A program made the translations under genes and the position numbers. 64,000 bases of DNA, taken from an uncultured Candidatus Binatia bacterium. Its GTDB lineage: Bacteria; Desulfobacterota; Binatia; Bin18. The notes under the pieces were generated by a model, which saw nothing but the letters and a program-made list of their open reading frames with translations, was not told the origin of the DNA and searched no databases. Positions 59,444 to 64,000 of the stretch are shown here, piece by piece (position 1 is the stretch's first letter; each line of letters starts with the position of its first letter). Location of the stretch: contig OZ243961.1 of NCBI GenBank assembly GCA_965214605.1, positions 3,936,001-4,000,000 on the forward strand, in the 5' to 3' direction.

Positions 59444-60217
59444 CTAGTGGGAATCGACCGCCGCCTCTTGGGCTGTGGTCTGAGTTGGTCTGGTTATCGC
59501 CTGAGCCGTTTCCATCATGCCGGTGGCTGAATCTAAAGCTGTTGCTCCATTGGAGGCGGCCGGCGGCGGCCACTGCTCGTCTACCCAGGCCTGATATTCA
59601 TCCGGGGCCAGGGCGTAGAGCCAACCCTTCATGCCTGAGTGGCCAAAGCCGCACAGTTCGGCGCACGGAATTTCATATCTGCCCGGTTTATTAGCCTGGA
59701 ACCAGCCGATGATGTCTCGCCCCGGGACGGTGTCCTGTTTAAAGCGGAGGTTGGGAAGGAAAAAGCTATGAATAACGTCTCGGGAGGACAGGATCACGCG
59801 GATAGGCTTGCCGGCCGGGACCCGAATATCGTTGTCGACCTGCTTGTCGTCAGCGGTGTCAAACTCGCCGTCCGGGCCGGGATACAGGATCTCCCAGTTG
59901 AACTGCTTGCCGGTCACCTTCACCACAGTGTCTGTGTCAGGCGGCACGAGTTTAATCTCTTCCCACAGCGACCTGCTAGCCAGTCCGAGACCGATGAAGA
60001 TCATGGCGGGAATGACTGTCCAGATGATTTCCAAGGTGGTGTTGCCGTGGGTGTAGGCGGCACGTCGGTCGCCTCGGTCTCGGTAGACGAACAGAAAGAT
60101 GAGCATCAGGGCGGTCACGAGAATGAAAGCCGCGGCGGTCAGGTAATAAATGAAATAGAAGAGCGAATCGATGTCCGCTCCATACGGCGAGACGTCTTCG
60201 GGCAGCCATCCTAACAT
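59444..60217 (-). CDS. ctaC: Cytochrome c oxidase subunit II
   Basis: LEIIWT, DVIHSF, CuA motif CAELCGFGHSGM. Confidence 0.96.
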   Translation of the reverse strand: MLGWLPEDVSPYGADIDSLFYFIYYLTAAAFILVTALMLIFLFVYRDRGDRRAAYTHGNTTLEIIWTVIPAMIFIGLGLASRSLWEEIKLVPPDTDTVVKVTGKQFNWEILYPGPDGEFDTADDKQVDNDIRVPAGKPIRVILSSRDVIHSFFLPNLRFKQDTVPGRDIIGWFQANKPGRYEIPCAELCGFGHSGMKGWLYALAPDEYQAWVDEQWPPPAASNGATALDSATGMMETAQAITRPTQTTAQEAAVDSH

Positions 60218-60349
60218 GAATCCTCTTTCCTTCTTTCCCTGTGCAGAATCGTCCCCATGTATACCGAAAAACTATTCCGCCGCAAGGGGAGGGGGGCAGA
60301 ACTGACAAAACCGAACACGTCCCGCAAGCCTCTCGCTCCTTACATTACA

Positions 60350-60378
60350 TTGACAAATCCTGGACGGCTCGTTAGTGT
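60350..60378 (+). promoter_or_regulatory. Sigma70-like promoter (TTGACA-N17-TAGTGT)
   Basis: Perfect -35, 17-bp spacer, immediately upstream of ATG 60389. Confidence 0.6.
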
Positions 60379-60388
60379 TGGAGAAGCT

Positions 60389-60571
60389 ATGCAAAAGACG
60401 GGATGGGATCAGTTCGTCGAAATCATCACCAAGCCCGACAATATCCCTATTGTTGGCTTGATGTTTCTGGTGTTATACTTTACCTGGCTCGCCTTTCGGG
60501 AAGGCCGAAAAAACGATCAGTTGATCGAAGAGGGGCGGGCTGACGAAATTCTTGATGAGATGCAGAAATAG
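60389..60571 (+). CDS. Small membrane protein with KPDNIPI motif
   Basis: 60 aa, single TM (IVGLMFLVLYFTWLAF). Confidence 0.75.
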   Translation: MQKTGWDQFVEIITKPDNIPIVGLMFLVLYFTWLAFREGRKNDQLIEEGRADEILDEMQK

Positions 60572-60582
60572 GGAGCGACCAT

Positions 60583-61062
60583 ATGCCGTTTGCTATTGTA
60601 GCGGAAAACTGCACGGGGTGTAGCGCCTGCGAGAAACGCTGTCCAACCAAAGCCATCAGCGGAGATCCTAAAAAAGCCTACTATATCGAACCCTCGCTGT
60701 GCATCGACTGTGGGGCTTGCGGTGTGATCTGTCCTGATGCCGCCATTTTGGACACCTTCGGGACGGTGACGTCCGTCTTGAAGCGGGTTGAGCGCCCCAT
60801 CGCGGTTGTCCATCTCGATAACTGCAACGGCTGTGGGGTGTGTATCGATGTGTGTCCTTTTGACTGTATTGCCCCATCGGCCCATAACGGTCCCCAGTAC
60901 CTTGGCCGTGTCGAGGTCGATGAGAAGACCTGTGTCGGCTGCCAGTTGTGCGAAGAGGTGTGTGGTTGGGAGGGGATTTTTATCATGACTGGAGCGGACA
61001 AGGATGCATTCCTCAGCACTATGGAGGAACAGCCACCAGAGGCCAGTGGAGCCTCGGCTTAA
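60583..61062 (+). CDS. Polyferredoxin with four [4Fe-4S] motifs
   Basis: Four CxxCxxCxxxC motifs. Confidence 0.92.
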   Translation: MPFAIVAENCTGCSACEKRCPTKAISGDPKKAYYIEPSLCIDCGACGVICPDAAILDTFGTVTSVLKRVERPIAVVHLDNCNGCGVCIDVCPFDCIAPSAHNGPQYLGRVEVDEKTCVGCQLCEEVCGWEGIFIMTGADKDAFLSTMEEQPPEASGASA

Positions 61063-61086
61063 GCGCAGACGTGGAAAGGAAAAGCT

Positions 61087-61284
61087 GTGGCAGTTCCCAA
61101 ACGAAGAACCTCTCGCACCAAACGCAACAAAAGACGGTCTCACCACGCCCTGTCGGCCCCGACCTTGCGAACAGATACGCAGACCAAGGAAGTCCATCTG
61201 TCGCATCGCGCCCACGTTGGCACTGACGGGGCGTATTATTATCGGGGCAGACGTTTGACCGAGCCGATCGAAGAAGAGGAATAG
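61087..61284 (+). CDS. rpmF: 50S ribosomal protein L32 (Cys-less type)
   Basis: MAVPKRRTSRTKRNKRRSH...HRAH...YYRGR. Confidence 0.95.
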   Translation: MAVPKRRTSRTKRNKRRSHHALSAPTLRTDTQTKEVHLSHRAHVGTDGAYYYRGRRLTEPIEEEE

Positions 61285-61294
61285 GGACGGCGGG

Positions 61295-61322
61295 GCCCGC
61301 ATTCTTTAATGCGGGCTTTTTT
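61295..61322 (+). terminator. Rho-independent terminator after rpmF
   Basis: GCCCGCATT-CTTT-AATGCGGGC followed by TTTTTT. Confidence 0.85.
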
Positions 61323-61326
61323 GTGG

Positions 61327-62199
61327 CTAGATAATTTTGTTCAGGGGATATTCGATAATCCCTACCGCGCCGTTTTTGATCAGCTGCGGAATCAGCTCTC
61401 TGACCCGGCTCTCACTAATCACGCTTTCCACGGCAAACCACGGCGTCTTATACAGCGGGGAGACGGTTGGGGCGGTCAGACTCGGCAACATCTCGACGAT
61501 GTGGTCGAGCTTCTCTTTGGGCACGTTCATCTTGAGCCCAACCTTGGCCTCGGCTTCTAGGGCACCGGTCAGCAACAGGGCAATCTGTTTGATGTGTTCC
61601 TTTTTGGCCGGATCTTGCCAGGCCTGGCGATTGGCAATGAGCTGAGGGTTGGAGGTGAACAGCTCATGGATAATCTTGAGGCCGTGGGCGCGGATGGTTG
61701 AGCCGGATTCGGTGACCTCAATAATCGCATCCACCAGCTCTTCGGCCGCCTTGGCCTCGGTCGCTCCCCATGAAAATTCGACCGCGACCTCAATCTGTCG
61801 TTCGGCAAAGTAGCGCTTGGTGTAGCTGACCAACTCGGTTGCGATCCGTTTGCCGTGCAAGTCTTGCGGAGTTGTGATTGGCGAATCGTGCGGAACCGCA
61901 ATGACCCAGCGGGTTGGCTGAAAGCTGGCTTTGGAGTAGACTAGGTCTTTTACTACTTCGACGTCCGCATTCTGCTCCATGATCCAGTCTTTGCCGGTCA
62001 GGCCGACATCTAGCGCGCCCGATTCCACATATTGGGCCATTTCTTGGGCCCGGACGAGCATGCAGCGAATCGTCGGATCATCAATGCTCGGAAAATAGCT
62101 CCGAGAACTTGTTGTGATTTTCCAACCGGCTTTACGGAAGAGGTCGATGGTGGTGGATTCCAGACTGCCCTTCGGAATACCCAGTTTTAATGTTTGCAT
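61327..62199 (-). CDS. hisG: ATP phosphoribosyltransferase (long form)
   Basis: [25 protein letters not shown]-terminal PTVSPL domain. Confidence 0.96.
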   Translation of the reverse strand: MQTLKLGIPKGSLESTTIDLFRKAGWKITTSSRSYFPSIDDPTIRCMLVRAQEMAQYVESGALDVGLTGKDWIMEQNADVEVVKDLVYSKASFQPTRWVIAVPHDSPITTPQDLHGKRIATELVSYTKRYFAERQIEVAVEFSWGATEAKAAEELVDAIIEVTESGSTIRAHGLKIIHELFTSNPQLIANRQAWQDPAKKEHIKQIALLLTGALEAEAKVGLKMNVPKEKLDHIVEMLPSLTAPTVSPLYKTPWFAVESVISESRVRELIPQLIKNGAVGIIEYPLNKII

Positions 62200-62372
62200 G
62201 AATGCCTTTGCATTGCCGGTGCGGATTTTTGTTGAGGCCGGCAGTATTCCTAACATACGGGGCGGATAGTGACAAGCAAAGTGCTGGCAGATGGTGGTTT
62301 GACGTCGCCTCTGCTATGTCGGGGCAGGAGGGCTGATACGACCCGCAGGGCGGGGGAGAAAGGATAGGTCGG

Positions 62373-63413
62373 ATGAAACTCGGGGAGATCGCCGAGCGGT
62401 TGGGAGCCGAACTGCAGGGCAGCGGTGCGCTTGAGATTATCGGCGTCAAGGGAATAGAAGAGGCCGAGCCGGGGGATTTGACCTTTTTGACCAATAAAAA
62501 ATATGCGGCTAAACTGCCGCTGACCAAGGCGGCTGCCGTCCTCGTGGCCAAGGATATGCCGCTTGAGCGGTTTGAAGGCAGGCTTGCCCTTGTCCGGGTG
62601 GCCAATCCGGCGCTGGCCCTCTCCCAGATATTGGGCTGGTTTTACCCGCCCTACGTTCCTCCCCCAGGAATTCATCCAACGGCCGTGATTGCGCCTTCGG
62701 CTCAGATCGGCGGCGGCGCTTCGATCGGGCCCTACGTCGTGATTGGAGACGAAGTGGTGATTGGCCAGGACGCACGTATCGCGGCCCATGTCGTCATTTA
62801 TCCCCAGGTAAGGATTGGAGACCGGTTTATCGCCCACGCCGGGGCGGTGGTGCGCGAAGGCACCCATATTGGTCATCAGGTCGTCCTACAAAGTGGGGCA
62901 GTCATCGGTGGAGACGGCTTTGGTTACGTCCCGCTTCCTGATGGGACGGTTGTGCCGAATCCACAGACCGGCCATGTTGTTCTTGAGGATGAGGTTGAAA
63001 TCGGTACAAACACCACGGTTGATCGGGCCACCCTGGGAGCGACGCGTATCGGTCGTGGGACTAAAATCGATAATCTGGTGATGGTCGCCCACGGCTGTGA
63101 GCTTGGCCAAGGCGTGCTGTTGGCCGCCCAAGTTGGGCTGGCTGGGAGCACGAAAGTCGGGGCGGGAGTGCAGATGGGGGGGCAGGTCGGTGTTGCCGGT
63201 CACTTAACAGTCGGGGAGAAGACGCGGGTGGCGGCCAAGAGCGGAATTCCCAACGATGTCCCGCCCGACACCGTCATCGGTGGCTATCCAGCCGTCGACA
63301 TCTTGTCCTGGCGTCGTTATTCGGCCGTCCTCCCCAAGTTGCCCGAATTGGTACGCCGGGTCCGACGTCTAGAGCAAGCGATTGGGCGACTCTTAGGCAA
63401 ACAGGAGAGCTGA
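62373..63413 (+). CDS. lpxD: UDP-3-O-(3-hydroxyacyl)glucosamine N-acyltransferase
   Basis: Hexapeptide repeats, GGDGFGY, DRAT, KIDNLVMVAHG. Confidence 0.96.
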   Translation: MKLGEIAERLGAELQGSGALEIIGVKGIEEAEPGDLTFLTNKKYAAKLPLTKAAAVLVAKDMPLERFEGRLALVRVANPALALSQILGWFYPPYVPPPGIHPTAVIAPSAQIGGGASIGPYVVIGDEVVIGQDARIAAHVVIYPQVRIGDRFIAHAGAVVREGTHIGHQVVLQSGAVIGGDGFGYVPLPDGTVVPNPQTGHVVLEDEVEIGTNTTVDRATLGATRIGRGTKIDNLVMVAHGCELGQGVLLAAQVGLAGSTKVGAGVQMGGQVGVAGHLTVGEKTRVAAKSGIPNDVPPDTVIGGYPAVDILSWRRYSAVLPKLPELVRRVRRLEQAIGRLLGKQES

Positions 63414-63449
63414 GAGTCTGTCAGCTTCCCAGAGCCCTTGTGTCCCGCT

Positions 63450-64000
63450 CTAGCGTCCAAACACTCCCTTCAACCCTTGTCTTAAGCCTTCTCTCAACAC
63501 ATCCTGGGGCGTGACCGGGCCAGCCGATGAGTCCTCCTGGCTGTCGTCTTCCGTCTCTTTGTCCCGCGGCGTTGATGAGGGCAGGAACTTGTCCAAGATT
63601 GTTTCCTGCAAGACTTCAAGGCCGGTAGTGACAACGCCGTGTTGAACCTGCCGCGCCACCGCTGCAACATCGGGGACGGGTCTGACGTCGGGCAGGCTGC
63701 CGCTTAGCGCAAAGGGGAGCGCGATTTGTCCCTGAGGATTGCGGAGCAGGCCGGCTAGTTTCACTCTGTCTTGTATATCCTGTGACAGGTTTGTCGCCAG
63801 AATCAGCTGGCCATGAAAATCAATGTTCCGATCATAGTCCAGCCAGCCCTTGCCCTGGGTCGTATAACTCGCTGCGTCCAGACGCACGTCATCAAGCAGA
63901 ATTTTTCCCTGGCGGAGGTGGAACTGGCTGACAAGTCGGGAAAACTCGGTCCCGTGGCGGCTGAACAGGGCCGGATATTTGGCTTGTACTCTTGGAGAGA
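63450..64000 (-). CDS. AsmA-like protein, C-terminal part (partial; starts beyond the window)
   Basis: G.GWLDYD..IDF.G.L, IALPFALSGSLP...P.PD pattern typical of AsmA C-termini. Confidence 0.65.
   Translation of the reverse strand, partial: SPRVQAKYPALFSRHGTEFSRLVSQFHLRQGKILLDDVRLDAASYTTQGKGWLDYDRNIDFHGQLILATNLSQDIQDRVKLAGLLRNPQGQIALPFALSGSLPDVRPVPDVAAVARQVQHGVVTTGLEVLQETILDKFLPSSTPRDKETEDDSQEDSSAGPVTPQDVLREGLRQGLKGVFGR

Overview
A GC-rich bacterial chromosomal window. Gene content (many acyl-CoA dehydrogenases, crotonases, LLM oxidoreductases and amidohydrolases, an aa3-type oxidase operon, lpxD, hisG, pcs) is compatible with a Candidatus Binatota / deltaproteobacteria-like heterotroph; this taxonomy is inference only. 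The left edge (1-3.7 kb, visibly lower GC) is the start of a type I-D CRISPR-Cas locus: a WYL regulator followed by cas10d, which runs off the window and is missing from the ORF track. No CRISPR array is visible. The most striking observation is at 5060-6085 (-). Two ORF-track fragments join into one in-frame gene across two TGA codons (Y-TGA-T-TGA-P-E-E-A-S-S-A-R) that sit at the two Cys positions of a rhodanese YCxCPxExxSAR motif and are followed by a SECIS-like hairpin. This predicts a double-selenocysteine (UxU) rhodanese fused to a class III nucleotide cyclase with non-canonical specificity residues. Other oddities: tandem operator-like palindromes upstream of the WYL gene, an unassigned ~200-nt structured RNA candidate (46.7-46.95 kb), a pyrF copy with a destroyed active site, a strongly T-depleted stretch beside tRNA-Arg(CCG) (the last two may be sequence-quality artefacts), and several unannotated small proteins. 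All calls come from manual reading and motif recognition; no searches were run.
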